Shown here: positions 1 through 10,875 of the stretch, in pieces
Position numbering within the stretch: position 1 is the stretch's first letter
Layout: each line of letters starts with the position of its first letter
Assembly: GCA_963731715.1 (NCBI GenBank)
Contig: CAVSXC010000008.1
Coordinates: 240,312-304,311, forward strand
Reading direction: 5' to 3'
Length of the DNA stretch: 64,000 nucleotides
Source: an uncultured Actinomycetota bacterium
GTDB lineage: Bacteria > Actinomycetota > Actinomycetes > Mycobacteriales > Mycobacteriaceae
Position numbers and translations under genes: made by a program
The notes under the pieces: generated by a model
Seen by the model: only the letters and a program-made list of their open reading frames with translations
What the model was told of the DNA's origin: nothing
Databases searched by the model: none

Positions 1-731
1 TCATCGCGGACCCGACGCGGCTGTCCGACGTCGTCCGGTTCGACCTACCCCGCCTCGGCGACATCAACGGACAGCGCGGGATTCATCTGCAGTGCCACAT
101 CGGCACCGACACGATCTCGCTGCACCGCCTCGGCGCCGCGATGACGGGCCTCGATTTCTCGCAGGAATCGATCGCGACCGCGCGTCGGATCGCCACCGAC
201 GCCGGCGCCGATGTTGACTTCGTCGAGTCGGACGTCTACAGCGCTCCTGCCGTTGTCGGCGGTGGCTTCGACTTCGTATATACCGGCGTCGGTGCGCTGT
301 GCTGGTTACCAGACATTCGGCGCTGGGCCATGACCGTGGCGGATCTATTGCGTCCGGGCGGCAGGATTTTTCTGCGTGAATACCACCCGATGTCGTGGGC
401 TGTCGATGACGGCCGCACAGACGCGTTGGTGCTCGGATACCCGTACTTTGAGCAGCCGGAGCCTGTGGACTTCGACGGTCCTGGAACGTATGTCGAGACC
501 GCGATGGACTTCAGCCACAACCAAACCCGGGATTGGAACCATGGCCTTGGGGAGATCGTCACCGCAGTTTTGGAGGCGGGTTTGGAGCTCACCATGCTCG
601 TCGAACACGACTCCGCGCCGAACGAAGCATTACCCGGGCGCATGCGTCGGGAAGGCGACGGTGAATGGCGGCTCATCGAGCACCCCGAGCGGCTCCCATT
701 GAGCTATACGCTTCAAGCCATCAAACGCTAG
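1..731 (+). CDS. Class I SAM-dependent methyltransferase (5' end outside window)
   Basis: Frame is open from position 3: IADPTRLSDVVRFDLPRLGD...HLQCHIGTDTISL...TGLDFS...FDFVYTGVGALCWLPD, a typical actinobacterial methyltransferase. Confidence 0.85.
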   Translation, partial: IADPTRLSDVVRFDLPRLGDINGQRGIHLQCHIGTDTISLHRLGAAMTGLDFSQESIATARRIATDAGADVDFVESDVYSAPAVVGGGFDFVYTGVGALCWLPDIRRWAMTVADLLRPGGRIFLREYHPMSWAVDDGRTDALVLGYPYFEQPEPVDFDGPGTYVETAMDFSHNQTRDWNHGLGEIVTAVLEAGLELTMLVEHDSAPNEALPGRMRREGDGEWRLIEHPERLPLSYTLQAIKR

Positions 732-1669
732 AACACCTCGGATTCGAGCCGACGCAGATGTTCCTGCGGCGGACCCAGCAGCTGGGCGCTGCCGTGCGCC
801 CGCTTGAAGTACAGCTGGATGTCGTGCTCCCAGGTGATCGCGATCCCGCCGTGCATCTGAACGGCTTCGGCGGCCACCTTGGAGAACGCCTCGCTGGCCG
901 CGAGCCGCGCCAGCGCTGCCGACGTCGCCGACGGCTCGGCCACAGCGTCGTTGACGACGGCCCGCGCCGACTGCACGGCCACGTACAGGTCGGCCATCCG
1001 ATGCTTGAGCGCCTGGAAACTGCCGATCGGGCGGCCGAACTGGACACGGTCCTTGGTGTATTCGACGGTCAGGTCCAGACACTTCGTGGCGGCGCCGATC
1101 TGCTCGGCGGCCAGCAGGATCGCGGCGGTGTCGGCGAGCCCGGGATCGGAGCCGATGTCGGCGGTGGCCGTCGGCTCGATCCGCGCGAGTCGGCGCGTCA
1201 GGTCCATGGTCTCGATTCGGTGCGCGGTGAAATTCGTCCAGCGGCTCAGAGTCGTGCCGGTCGCGGCGATCACGACATCGGCCACGTCGCCGTTGACCAC
1301 ATAGCCGGGGTCGAACACGACCGCCCCGATCTTCGTGCCCTCGGCCAGCCCTTCGAGCGCATCGGCATCGGGCTCGTCGGATGCAAGCAAGGCGAGTTCG
1401 GCGAGCGTGGTGCCTAGCAACGGCGTCGGCACCAACGCCTTGCCGAGCTCCTCGAGCACGACGGCCGCATCGGCGAGTTCACCGCCGGCGCCGCCCAGTT
1501 CTTCGGGCACCACAAGCGCGGCCGCGCCGACCTGCTCGCACAACAGCTTCCACAACGACTCGTCGTAGCCTCGTTCGGAGGCCATCGCTTCACGCACCGC
1601 CGCTGGCGACGCGTGCTTGTCGACCAATGCCGCGACGGTCTCCCGCAGCAGTTCGCGTTCTTCCGTCAC
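728..1669 (-). CDS. fadE33: Acyl-CoA dehydrogenase FadE33/IpdE2 (Rv3564 ortholog)
   Basis: ACAD motifs RVQFGRPIGSFQALKH and QMHGGIAITWEH; GTG start at 1669 overlaps fadE32 TGA; synteny. Confidence 0.88.
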   Translation of the reverse strand: MTEERELLRETVAALVDKHASPAAVREAMASERGYDESLWKLLCEQVGAAALVVPEELGGAGGELADAAVVLEELGKALVPTPLLGTTLAELALLASDEPDADALEGLAEGTKIGAVVFDPGYVVNGDVADVVIAATGTTLSRWTNFTAHRIETMDLTRRLARIEPTATADIGSDPGLADTAAILLAAEQIGAATKCLDLTVEYTKDRVQFGRPIGSFQALKHRMADLYVAVQSARAVVNDAVAEPSATSAALARLAASEAFSKVAAEAVQMHGGIAITWEHDIQLYFKRAHGSAQLLGPPQEHLRRLESEVF

Positions 1670-2623
1670 GAGAGGGCCTCCAATACTCGGCGGCGGTGCC
1701 ATGTCGGGTCGCCCCATGCCGAACGCAGGGCCTGCACCCGCAGCAGCCACAGCGAAAGGTCGTGCTCCTGCGTGAAACCGATCGCCCCGTGGGTCTGCAG
1801 CGCAGAGCGCGCCGCCAGCAGCGCGGCATCGGACGCGGCGACCTTGGCGGCGCTGACGTCGCGCGCGGTTTCCGGTGCGCTATCGGCCAGCGACAGTGCC
1901 GCCCCGTAGACCAGAGGCCGCGCCAATTCGAGTGCGATGTGCACGTCGGCGAGCTTGTGCTTGATGGCCTGGTAAGTCCCGATCACCTTGCCGAATTGGC
2001 TGCGCTGCTTGGCGTATTCGACCGATGCGTCGAGCATTGCCTGCCCGGCGCCGACCAACTGCGCGGCGGTGGCGAGCGCACCGAACTCGTAGGCGCGCTC
2101 GACGTCGGCGGGCTTCGGATCACCGGAGGCGTTGACGTCGAACAGCTTCCGGCTGGGATCGACGGACTCATGCTGCTCGCCAGCGGCGCCGTCACGCACG
2201 CCACCGTCGGCGGCGACCAGGATAAGGCCCGCCGACATCGGCGTCCACCGCCCGCGGCACCTGCGGCGGTAGCGCGACGGTGGCGATCAGCTCACCAGCC
2301 GCCAGCGCTGCGCTGCGGTCGTCGTCGGCGAGCAGAATCGGCGCCACCGCAATGGATTCGGTGACAGGCCCGGGAACACACCAGCGGCCGAGCCGCTCAA
2401 CGGCGACCACGAGATCGACGGGGTGCGCCTCGATGCCGTCGAACTTCTCCGGCACCGCCAGCGCGGTGACGCCGAGGTCGGCCAGCTGTGCCCACACCTT
2501 GCGGCCCGGCGCGGTATCGCCCGCGGCCCACGCCCGCACCGCGGCTGGCAGATCGGCGGCGGCCAGCGCCGCGTCGATGCTGGCCGCGAAGTCGCGCTGC
2601 TGTTCGTCCAGATCGAACTTCAT
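1666..2623 (-). CDS. fadE32: Acyl-CoA dehydrogenase FadE32 (Rv3563 ortholog), one frameshift near 2235
   Basis: N-half MKFDLDEQQRDFAASI in ORF 2192..2962; C-half QFGKVIGTYQAIKH...LQTHGAIGFTQEHDL in ORF 1666..2238. Confidence 0.85.
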
Positions 2624-3753
2624 TTCGTCTTCTCCCGAGGCAGGCCCAGCAGCCGCTCGGCGATGATGTTGCGCTGAATCTCGTTGGTGCCCGCGTAGAT
2701 CGGGCCGCCGAGCGCAAACAGCAGGCCGTCGGTCCACGAGTCGGCCAGCTCGCCGTCGGCGCCGCGCAGGTCGAGCGCGGTCTGATGGATCGCGACGTCG
2801 AGGTCGGACCAGAACACCTTGGTCACCGACGACTCGGCGCCGAGCTCGCCGCCGCCTGCCACCCGTGTGACGGTCCCGAACGTGTGCAGCCGATAGGCCT
2901 GCGCCTTGATCCAGGCGTCGGCAACTCGGTCGGCGAAGGCGGGGTCGGGGTTCGTTTTCCATTGCGCCACCAGCCGTTCGGCGGGCGCCAGGAAGCGGGC
3001 CGGGCTGCGCAGCGACATGCCGCGCTCATTGCTCGACGTGCTCATCGCGGCCCGCCAGCCGTCGTGCACTTCGCCGATCACGTCATGGTCAGGGACGAAA
3101 ACGTCGTCGAGGAAGATTTCGCCGAATCCGGTATCACCACCGAGCTGGGCGATGGGCCGGACGGTGATGCCCTTGGCCTTCAGGTCGAACATGAAATAGG
3201 TGAGCCCACGGTGCCGCTCAGCCTCGGGATCGGAGCGGAACAGCCCGAAAGCCCTCTCGCCGAACGGGGCTCGCGAGCTCCAGATCTTCTGGCCGTTGAG
3301 CAGCCAACCGCCGTCGGTCTTGGTCGCCGTCGACCGCAGCGATGCAAGGTCACTGCCGGACTCCGGCTCCGACCAGGCCTGCGCCCAGATCTCCTCACCG
3401 CTTGCCATCTTCGGCAGCACCCGATCCAGCTGCTCCTCGGTGCCGTGCGCGAACAGCGTCGGCGCGAGCATCGACGTGCCGTTGGCGCTGGCCCGTCCAG
3501 GGGCTCCTGCGCGGAAGTACTCCTCCTCGTACACGACCCACTGCAGCAGGGTCGCGTCGCGGCCGCCGTACTTCTCCGGCCAGGTGATCACCGACAACCC
3601 GGCGTCGAAAAGCGTTTTGTCCCAACGCCGATGCTGCTCGAACCCCTCGGCGGTGTCGTACGACTTCGTCGGGAACGACTCCTTGTTCGCCGCAAGGAAA
3701 TCGCGTACCTCGGCCTGGAACGCGAGCGTCGCGTCGTCAAAGTTCAGGTCCAT
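2620..3753 (-). CDS. fadE31: Acyl-CoA dehydrogenase FadE31 (Rv3562 ortholog)
   Basis: WAQAWSEPESGSDLA and IYAGTNEIQRNIIAER motifs; lies downstream of fadD3. Confidence 0.9.
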   Translation of the reverse strand: MDLNFDDATLAFQAEVRDFLAANKESFPTKSYDTAEGFEQHRRWDKTLFDAGLSVITWPEKYGGRDATLLQWVVYEEEYFRAGAPGRASANGTSMLAPTLFAHGTEEQLDRVLPKMASGEEIWAQAWSEPESGSDLASLRSTATKTDGGWLLNGQKIWSSRAPFGERAFGLFRSDPEAERHRGLTYFMFDLKAKGITVRPIAQLGGDTGFGEIFLDDVFVPDHDVIGEVHDGWRAAMSTSSNERGMSLRSPARFLAPAERLVAQWKTNPDPAFADRVADAWIKAQAYRLHTFGTVTRVAGGGELGAESSVTKVFWSDLDVAIHQTALDLRGADGELADSWTDGLLFALGGPIYAGTNEIQRNIIAERLLGLPREKTK

Positions 3754-5274
3754 CAGGATCTTTCTCGTAACAGTGGTTTGACCACCTTGCCGCCCGGGTT
3801 GCGTGGCAGCACATCAAGGAACTCCACCGACTGCGGCGTCTTGAATTTCGCCAAATGCTCACGCGTGTAGGCGATTACTGTTTCTTGATCGAGCTCGACG
3901 CCCGGCTTGACCACGACGAAGGCCTTGCCAACCTCGCCGAGCCGCTTGTCCGGCACACCGATGACAGCGGACTCCGCGACGCCGTCCAGCCGGGCCAGCA
4001 CCTGCTCGACCTCGGCGGGGTAGACGTTGAATCCGCCGCTGATGTACATGTCCTTGAGCCGATCGGTGATGCTGAGATTCCCGTTCTCGTCGACGCGGCC
4101 GACATCACCGGTGTGCAGCCAGCCGTCGGCATCGATCGCGGCGGCGGTGGCTTCCGGATCGTCGAGGTAGCCCAGCATGACGTTGGGCCCGCGCAGCAGG
4201 ACTTCGTCGTGTTCACCGATGCGCAGCTCGAAGTCCGCGATCGGACGGCCACAGGTGGTGGCGACGGTGACGGCATCGTCGTCGGCCGTGCACATGGTGC
4301 CGAAGCCGTTGGCCTCTGTCAGGCCGTACGCGGTCAGCACGATGTCGATGTCCAGTTCGGTCTGCATGCGTTCGATCAAGACGACGGGGATGACGGCCGC
4401 GCCGGTGACGGCGAACCGCAGCGAGGTCAGGTCGTAGTCGCCGCGCTTGGGGTGGTCGAGCAGCACTTGGTAGATCGTCGGTGGCCCTGGCAGCACGGTG
4501 ATGCGGTGGTCGGCGACGGCGGACATGGCCTGTTCGGGGTCGAACGTCAGCTGCGGAATCAGCGTCGCCCCGGTCTGCAGGCACGCAAGGATTCCGGCCT
4601 TGTAGCCGAAGTTGTGGAAGAACGGGTTGATGCAGAGGTAGCGGTCCTCGCTGGTGATCTGGCCGCACTCGGCCCATGCCGCCGAGCCGGCCAGCGACTG
4701 CCGATGCGCGCACAGCGCGCCCTTGCTTCGGCCGGTGGTGCCCGAGGTGAACAGGATGTCGGAGACGTCATCGGGCTTGACGGCTGCGGCGCGTGCGTCG
4801 GCCGCGTCAAGATCGCCGCCGCGCGCCATGAACTCGTCCCAGGTTCCGTCGTCCTTCTCGATCGGCACCCGGACGATGTGGCGCAGTTCCGGCAGCGCGT
4901 CGCGGTCGACCGAAGCGGCCTTGTCGGCGCCGAGGAACTCGCCGGACGCGAACACCAGCGGTGCGCCGGTACGGGCCAGGATGTCGGTGGCCTCGCTGGC
5001 GGTGTAGCGGGTGTTCAGTGGCACGAGCACGCCGCCCGCGTAGGTCGTCGCCAGGCACGCGACCACCCAGTGCCAGGTGTTCGGGGACCAGATCGCGACC
5101 CGGTCTCCTGCGTTGACGCCAAGGTCGATCAACGCCGCGGCGGCGCGGCGGACCTCGTCGCGCAGCTGGCCGTATGTGAGCCGACGATCCTCGGTGACCA
5201 GCGCGTCATGCTCAGGGAATTGGTCGGCAATCCGGTCCAGGACCTGCGGAATGGTCCTCGGCTCGGCTCGTCAT
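3753..5274 (-). CDS. fadD3: HIP-CoA ligase FadD3 (Rv3561 ortholog); one extra base just after the start codon
   Basis: FTSGTTGRSKG, AYGLTE, GWLHTGD, PRNPGGKV motifs; N-terminus MTS-EPRTIPQVLDRIA restored by removing 1 nt near 5265; adjacent KstR2 box. Confidence 0.9.
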
Positions 5275-5291
5275 CGATGCTCCTCTAACAA

Positions 5292-5305
5292 AGCAAGTGC
5301 TTGGT
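5292..5305. promoter_or_regulatory. KstR2 operator between divergent fadD3 and fadE30
   Basis: AGCAAGTGCTTGGT matches AnCAAGnnCTTGnT; outer CTAAC/GTTAG arms at 5285-5289 and 5308-5312. Confidence 0.92.
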
Positions 5306-5321
5306 AGGTTAGCCTACAGGG

Positions 5322-6470
5322 GTGATAGAGGTCCAGGAGTTCAGGGCCGAGGTCCGCGACTGGCTCGCCGACAACCTCGTCGGCGAATTCGCCGCGCTCA
5401 AGGGCCTCGGCGCCCCGGGACGCGAGGACGAGGCCTTCGACGAACGCCGGGCGTGGAACCAGCGGCTGGCGGCTGCCGGTCTGACGTGCCTTGGCTGGCC
5501 GGTCGAGCACGGCGGCCGTGGCCTTTCGGTCGCTCACCGGGTCGCGTTCTACGAGGAGTACGCCCGCGCGGACGCGCCCCACAAGGTCAACCATTTCGGT
5601 GAGGAGCTGCTCGGGCCGACGCTGATCGCGTTTGGCACCGACGAGCAGAAGAAGCGCTTCCTGCCGAAGATCCTCGACGTGACCGAGCTGTGGTGTCAGG
5701 GCTACTCGGAGCCAGGCGCGGGAAGCGACCTGGCCAACGTGTCGACGACGGCCGAACTCGACGGCGACCAGTGGGTGATCAACGGCCAGAAGGTGTGGAC
5801 GTCGATGGCGCACCTGTCGCAGTGGTGCTTCGTGGTGGCGCGCACCGAGAAGGGCTCCAAGCGACACGCAGGCCTGTCGTATCTGCTTGTGCCGCTCGAC
5901 CAGCCGGGCGTCGAAATACGCCCGATCGTCCAGCTGACCGGGACCGCGGACTTCAACGAGGTGTTCTTCGACGACGCCCGCACCGACGCCGATCTGGTGG
6001 TCGGCGACCCCGGCGACGGGTGGCGGGTCGCGATGGGGACGCTGACGTTCGAGCGCGGCGTGTCGACACTGGGCCAGCAGATCCGTTATGCACGTGAGCT
6101 TTCCAACCTGGTGGAGGTGGCCAAGCGCACCGGCGCCGACGACGATCCGTTGATCCGCGAGCGGTTGACCCGGTCGTGGGCGGGCCTGCAGACGATGCGG
6201 TCCTACGCCCTTGCGACCATGGATGTCGAGCAGCCGGGCCAGGACAACGTGTCAAAGCTGTTGTGGGCCAACTGGCATCGCGACCTCGGCGAGCTGGCGA
6301 TGGACATCGCCGGGAAGGCCGGGCTGGTGGCCGAAGACGGCGAGTTCGACGTGTGGCAGCACCTTTACCTGTTCACCCGCGCGGACACCATCTACGGCGG
6401 GTCCAACGAGATCCAGCGCAACATCATCGCCGAGCGGGTGCTCGGCTTACCTAGAGAGGTCAAGGGATGA
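5322..6470 (+). CDS. fadE30: Acyl-CoA dehydrogenase FadE30/IpdE1 (Rv3560c ortholog)
   Basis: WCQGYSEPGAGSDLA and TIYGGSNEIQRNIIAER motifs; synteny. Confidence 0.9.
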   Translation: MIEVQEFRAEVRDWLADNLVGEFAALKGLGAPGREDEAFDERRAWNQRLAAAGLTCLGWPVEHGGRGLSVAHRVAFYEEYARADAPHKVNHFGEELLGPTLIAFGTDEQKKRFLPKILDVTELWCQGYSEPGAGSDLANVSTTAELDGDQWVINGQKVWTSMAHLSQWCFVVARTEKGSKRHAGLSYLLVPLDQPGVEIRPIVQLTGTADFNEVFFDDARTDADLVVGDPGDGWRVAMGTLTFERGVSTLGQQIRYARELSNLVEVAKRTGADDDPLIRERLTRSWAGLQTMRSYALATMDVEQPGQDNVSKLLWANWHRDLGELAMDIAGKAGLVAEDGEFDVWQHLYLFTRADTIYGGSNEIQRNIIAERVLGLPREVKG

Positions 6471-7255
6471 GCCTGGCCGACGCTCCGAAAGAGATTGAGG
6501 GACACGGCCTTCTGAACGGCAAGGTCGTCGTCGTGACGGCCGCGGCGGGCACCGGAATCGGGTCTGCGGTAGCGCGTCGTGCATTGGCCGAGGGCGCCGA
6601 CGTCGTCGTCTCCGACCATCACGAGCGCCGACTCGGGGAGACCCGCGACCAGCTGACGGAGCTCGGGCTGGGCCGGGTGGAGAGCGTGGTGTGTGACGTG
6701 ACGTCCACGGCTCAGGTCGACGCGCTGATCGCGTCGACGACAGCGCGGATGGGTCGGCTGGACGTGCTGGTCAACAACGCGGGCCTTGGTGGCACGACGC
6801 CGGTGGTCGACATGACCGACGAGGAGTGGGACCGGGTGCTCAACGTGACGTTGACCTCGACGATGCGCGCGACCCGCGCCGCACTGCGGTACTTCCGAGA
6901 CGCCGACCACGGCGGGGTGATCGTCAACAACGCCAGCGTGCTTGGCTGGCGGGCGCAGCACTCGCAGGCGCACTACGCGGCGGCCAAGGCGGGTGTGATG
7001 GCCCTGACCCGGTGCAGCGCAATCGAAGCCGTCGAGTTCGGCGTCCGGATCAACGCGGTGTCGCCGAGTATCGCGCGGCACAAGTTCCTCGAGAAGACCA
7101 GCAGCTCGGAGCTGTTGGACCAGCTGTCGGCGGTCGAGGCATTCGGCCGGGCGGCCGAGCCGTGGGAAGTGGCTGCCACCATCGCGTTCTTGGCCAGTGA
7201 TTACTCCAGTTATCTGACTGGAGAAGTGATTTCGGTGTCGAACCAGCGCGCCTGA
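6467..7255 (+). CDS. ipdF: SDR oxidoreductase IpdF (Rv3559c ortholog)
   Basis: TAAAGTGIG, NNAG, YAAAK motifs; coupled to fadE30. Confidence 0.88.
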   Translation: MSLADAPKEIEGHGLLNGKVVVVTAAAGTGIGSAVARRALAEGADVVVSDHHERRLGETRDQLTELGLGRVESVVCDVTSTAQVDALIASTTARMGRLDVLVNNAGLGGTTPVVDMTDEEWDRVLNVTLTSTMRATRAALRYFRDADHGGVIVNNASVLGWRAQHSQAHYAAAKAGVMALTRCSAIEAVEFGVRINAVSPSIARHKFLEKTSSSELLDQLSAVEAFGRAAEPWEVAATIAFLASDYSSYLTGEVISVSNQRA

Positions 7256-7261
7256 GCGGCG

Positions 7262-7528
7262 ATGAAACGACTATCGGTTGCCGCGGCCGCGAGCGCGCTG
7301 ATCCTGATCAGCGGTTGCTCGGGCGCCAGCAATAGCGGCGGCGACACCACCTGCAAGGACTTCCTCGCCATGAGGGACAACGACAAGGACGCAGCGGTGG
7401 CCAGGATGCTCAAAGAACGCGAGGGGCGCAACGCCTCGACCGGTGACATCGAGGCAAAGCGGACGATCCTCATCGGCCTCTGTCAGCCCGCCGACAAACA
7501 GGGCTCCAAGATCAGCGAACTCGCCTGA
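7262..7528 (+). CDS. Small putative lipoprotein
   Basis: Signal peptide with lipobox-like ISGC; two further Cys (GGDTTC...GLC). Confidence 0.7.
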   Translation: MKRLSVAAAASALILISGCSGASNSGGDTTCKDFLAMRDNDKDAAVARMLKEREGRNASTGDIEAKRTILIGLCQPADKQGSKISELA

Positions 7529-7540
7529 CGGGCCTGAATT

Positions 7541-7596
7541 TCTCCACAGTATCTCCACAAACGCTGCTCAGAAGCACCACAAGCGACACCTACAGT
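7541..7596 (+). promoter_or_regulatory. Direct repeats plus -10 element upstream of the response regulator
   Basis: TCTCCACA at 7541 and 7552 (11-bp period), degenerate GCACCACA at 7574; TACAGT at 7591-7596, 7 nt before the GTG start. Confidence 0.6.
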
Positions 7597-7603
7597 TTGA
7601 TGT

Positions 7604-8270
7604 GTGAAGCGAATTCTGGTGGTCGACGACGAGCCGACCATCCTCGCCGCCGTCGCAACAAGGCTGCGCGCAGAAGCTTTTCTGGTGGAAACCGCGGTCG
7701 ACGGGCCTTCGGCCGTCGCGGCCGCGGCCGCCACCACTCCCGACCTCGTGGTGCTCGACGTGATGCTGCCCGGATTCGACGGGCTGGAGGTATGCCGTCG
7801 AATCCAGGCAGTGCGGGCCACGCCGGTACTGATGCTGACCGCGCGAAGCGACGAGACCGATATGCTGATCGGCCTCGGTATCGGCGCCGACGACTACCTC
7901 ACGAAACCGTTCAGCATGCGCGAACTCGTCGCACGGGTTCGGGTGCTTCTGCGTCGCATGGACCGGGTGCCGGACCAGCAGTCGGTGTCGGTCGGTGGAT
8001 GTCGAATCGACATGGAGGCGCGCAGAGTTCACCTGGGTGAGGACGAAGTCCACCTCACCCGAACCGAATTCGACCTGCTGGCCTTCCTCGTCGCACGGCC
8101 CGGCGCTGCGGTGGCGCGCGAAACACTGCTCGAGCACATCTGGGGACCGCCCATCCGATGTCGAGAGCCGCACCGTGGACAGCCACGTCAAAGCGTTGCG
8201 GCGCAAGCTGGGTTCGGAGCTGATCCGCACCGTGCACGGTGTCGGCTACGCGTTGGAGATGCCGCGGTGA
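7604..8270 (+). CDS. OmpR/PhoB-family response regulator (frameshift near 8150)
   Basis: ILVVDDEP, LVVLDVMLPG, GADDYLTKPF; C-terminal RTVDSHVKALRRKLG...IRTVHGVGY in another frame. Confidence 0.88.
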
Positions 8271-9311
8271 AGTCGCGGCTGACGGCCAGTCTGGGACCGG
8301 CTGCCGCGGCCCTTGGATCCCTTCGCCTCCTTCAAGGTCAAGATGGGTCTGCTCGTCGTCGGCGCGATCATCCTGGTCGCGTTCATGTTCTGGATCGGCG
8401 CGGGCTGGCAGATCCGCTACACGCTGCTCGCCGCGCTGGTCGCCTCACTCGCGCTCACCCTGTTCCTCGCCCACGGCATGACGTCACCGCTGCGTCAGAT
8501 GACCGCCGCGGCGCGCGCCATGGCCCGCGGCGACTACAGCGTGCGCGTCCGCGCCACCTCTAGGGATGAAGTGGGTCAGCTGGCGACGGCGTTCAATCAG
8601 ATGTCGGCCGATCTCGGCGCGGCCGACGAGTACCGGCGCGGGCTCATCGCCAACGTCAGCGCACGAACTGCTCACGCCCGATCGCCGCGTTGCACGCGCT
8701 GCTCGAGAACGTCGTCGACGGAATCGCGGAACCCGACGACGAAGACCATGCGCATGGCGCTGTCGCAGACCGAAGAGGCTCGGCGAACTGGTGACCAACC
8801 TGCTCGATCTCTCGCGGCTCGAAGGTGGGGCCATCCCATTGCAGCCCAGCAGCATTCGGGGTCGACGGTTCCTCGAGGAGGCGATCGGGCATGTCGCCGT
8901 CCGGACTGATGGCGTCCAGGTCGTAGGTGCAGGTGTTGCCGCGCGGATCTGGTTGCCGTCGCCGATCCGGCCCGCCTGCGGCAGGTGGTCGTCAACCTGG
9001 TGGACAACGCCATTCGGCACAGTCCGGCCGGCGGTCGCGTGTCCGTAGTGGCGCGCGCGGCGAGCCGGCAGGTCTGCGGCTCGAGGTGTGCGACGAGGGG
9101 CCGGGTATACCGCCCGCTGAGCGCGAACAGGTGTTCCGGCGATTCACCCGGGGCGCGACGTCAGCAGGGTGGCACCGGCCTAGGGCTGGCGATTGCCCGG
9201 TGGGCGGTCGAATTACACGGCGGCGACAATAGAAGTGATGGACGCACAGGACTGGATGCCGAATCGGGGTCACATCCCCGCGAACCGCCGACAGTGGAGG
9301 AGCCGACATGA
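8267..9311 (+). CDS. HAMP-domain sensor histidine kinase (several frameshifts)
   Basis: Two TM segments; HAMP (SPLRQMTAAARAMARGDY...DEVGQLATAFNQM); H-box ANVS-HEL; NLVDNAIRHSP, DEGPGIP and GGTGLGLAIA pieces spread over frames. Confidence 0.82.
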
Positions 9312-10848
9312 CGATGATGTACCAGCGGTCGGTACGGGGCGCCGCAATCGCCTCCACCGCCCCAGCTCCCGCCGATGCTCGGGCCGCGGCCGCCGCGGCA
9401 TGGCGAGCCCGGTTTTACGATCTGGCCGCACCGCGTCTGGCCTTTCGACCCGCTTGCCGCCGCGCCACGCCGACTGCTGGTGCCGGCGGTGATCGTCGAG
9501 CGTGGTTGGCGGCGAGTTCTGGCGGGTCTCCGTGCTGAGCGTGGGCTACCTCCTCGTCGGTGTGCATGGTGTTCGGCGTCGTGTTCGGGACCGCCGGGCG
9601 TCGGCCGACCCGCGGTGAATGGCTCGGGATCACGGTCACGCTGGCACTGCTGGCCGTGCCCGCACTGCTCGCCGCGAAATGGCTTGGGGTGCTGTGCATC
9701 CTGGCTGCCTGGCTCGTCGGCTGGGGCACGCTGGCAGGCGGCCGGACATGGACCGCCGTCTTCACCGGGCCTTTCCTGCCGCTGCTGCCCGCCCGGGCGT
9801 TCGGGTGGGCACGTCGAACCATCCCCGAAGGTGGGCTCACGTGGCGCGGGCGGCCCAGCACGGTCCGGATCGGCGTCGTCGGAACCGTCACCCTGGTGCT
9901 GGTGCTGGTTTTCGGCAGCCTGTTCGCGTCCGCCGATCCGGCGTTCGCGCGGCTTATCGAAGTCCTGACACCCGAGTGGAACCCTACGAGGCCTATGGCC
10001 ACGCCCTGGTGTTCGGGATCGTGCTGAGCTTCGTTCTGTTCGGCGGCTACCTGGTGCGCTTCGCCCCCAAACTCGACGCGCTGGCGCCACGTCCGATGCG
10101 CCCGGTGCCGAACTGGGAATGGGCGGTGCCCTTGGCGGTGCTGGACGTGCTGTTCATCGGGTTCGTCGCGGTTCAGGCCACGGTGCTGTTCGGCGGGCAC
10201 GCGCACGTCCTCGAGACCGAAGGGCTGACCTACGCCGAGTACGCCCGGCAGGGCTTCTGGCAGTTGCTGTGGGTCTCCGCGTTGACGCTTCTGGTGCTGA
10301 GTGCCGTCATCCGGGTGGCAGGGCGGGAGGCCGCATCGGATCGTCGACTGCTGCGGATCCTCGTCGGAATCCTTTGTGCGACTTCGGTTGTGGTGGTGAT
10401 CTCGGCGATCCACCGAATGTGGCTGTACCAGCAGGCTTACGGTTTCAGTACCGAGCGTCTCATGGTGATCACCATCGAACTGTGGCTCGCCGCGGTGTTC
10501 ATCCTCGTCGCCGTCGCGGGCCTTCGGATGACGGGGCGGTGGTTGCCGCGAGCGATCCTGATGGCCGGTGCGGTCGCGCTGCTCGGCCTGGCCGCGACGA
10601 ACCCCGAGCGGCTGATCGCCGAGCGCAATATCGACCGTTACGAGCAGACCGGGGTGTTGGATGCCCCTTACCTGTTTCGGCTGTCGCCGGACATCGAGCC
10701 GGCGTTGGCCCGGCTGCCCGAGTCGATTCGGGTCTGCGCGATGTACCGCAATGACGACCGGGACCCCTGGTACGAGTTCAACCTGTCGCGTTGGCGTGCC
10801 CCCCACGACGGCTCGCCGCGCGGCGACGTATGCCCCGGGCTTACCTAG
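9308..10848 (+). CDS. DUF4153/DUF4173-like polytopic membrane protein (several frameshifts)
   Basis: LVFGSLFASADPAFA, TYAEYARQGFWQL, SAIHRMWLYQQAYGFSTERL and NPERLIAERNI motifs. Confidence 0.75.
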
Positions 10849-10860
10849 CAAGCGCTTGGT
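10847..10860. promoter_or_regulatory. KstR2 operator upstream of kstR2
   Basis: AGCAAGCGCTTGGT matches AnCAAGnnCTTGnT; followed by TATCCT (-10) 6 nt before the ATG. Confidence 0.92.
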
Positions 10861-10875
10861 TGCTATCCTGGACCG

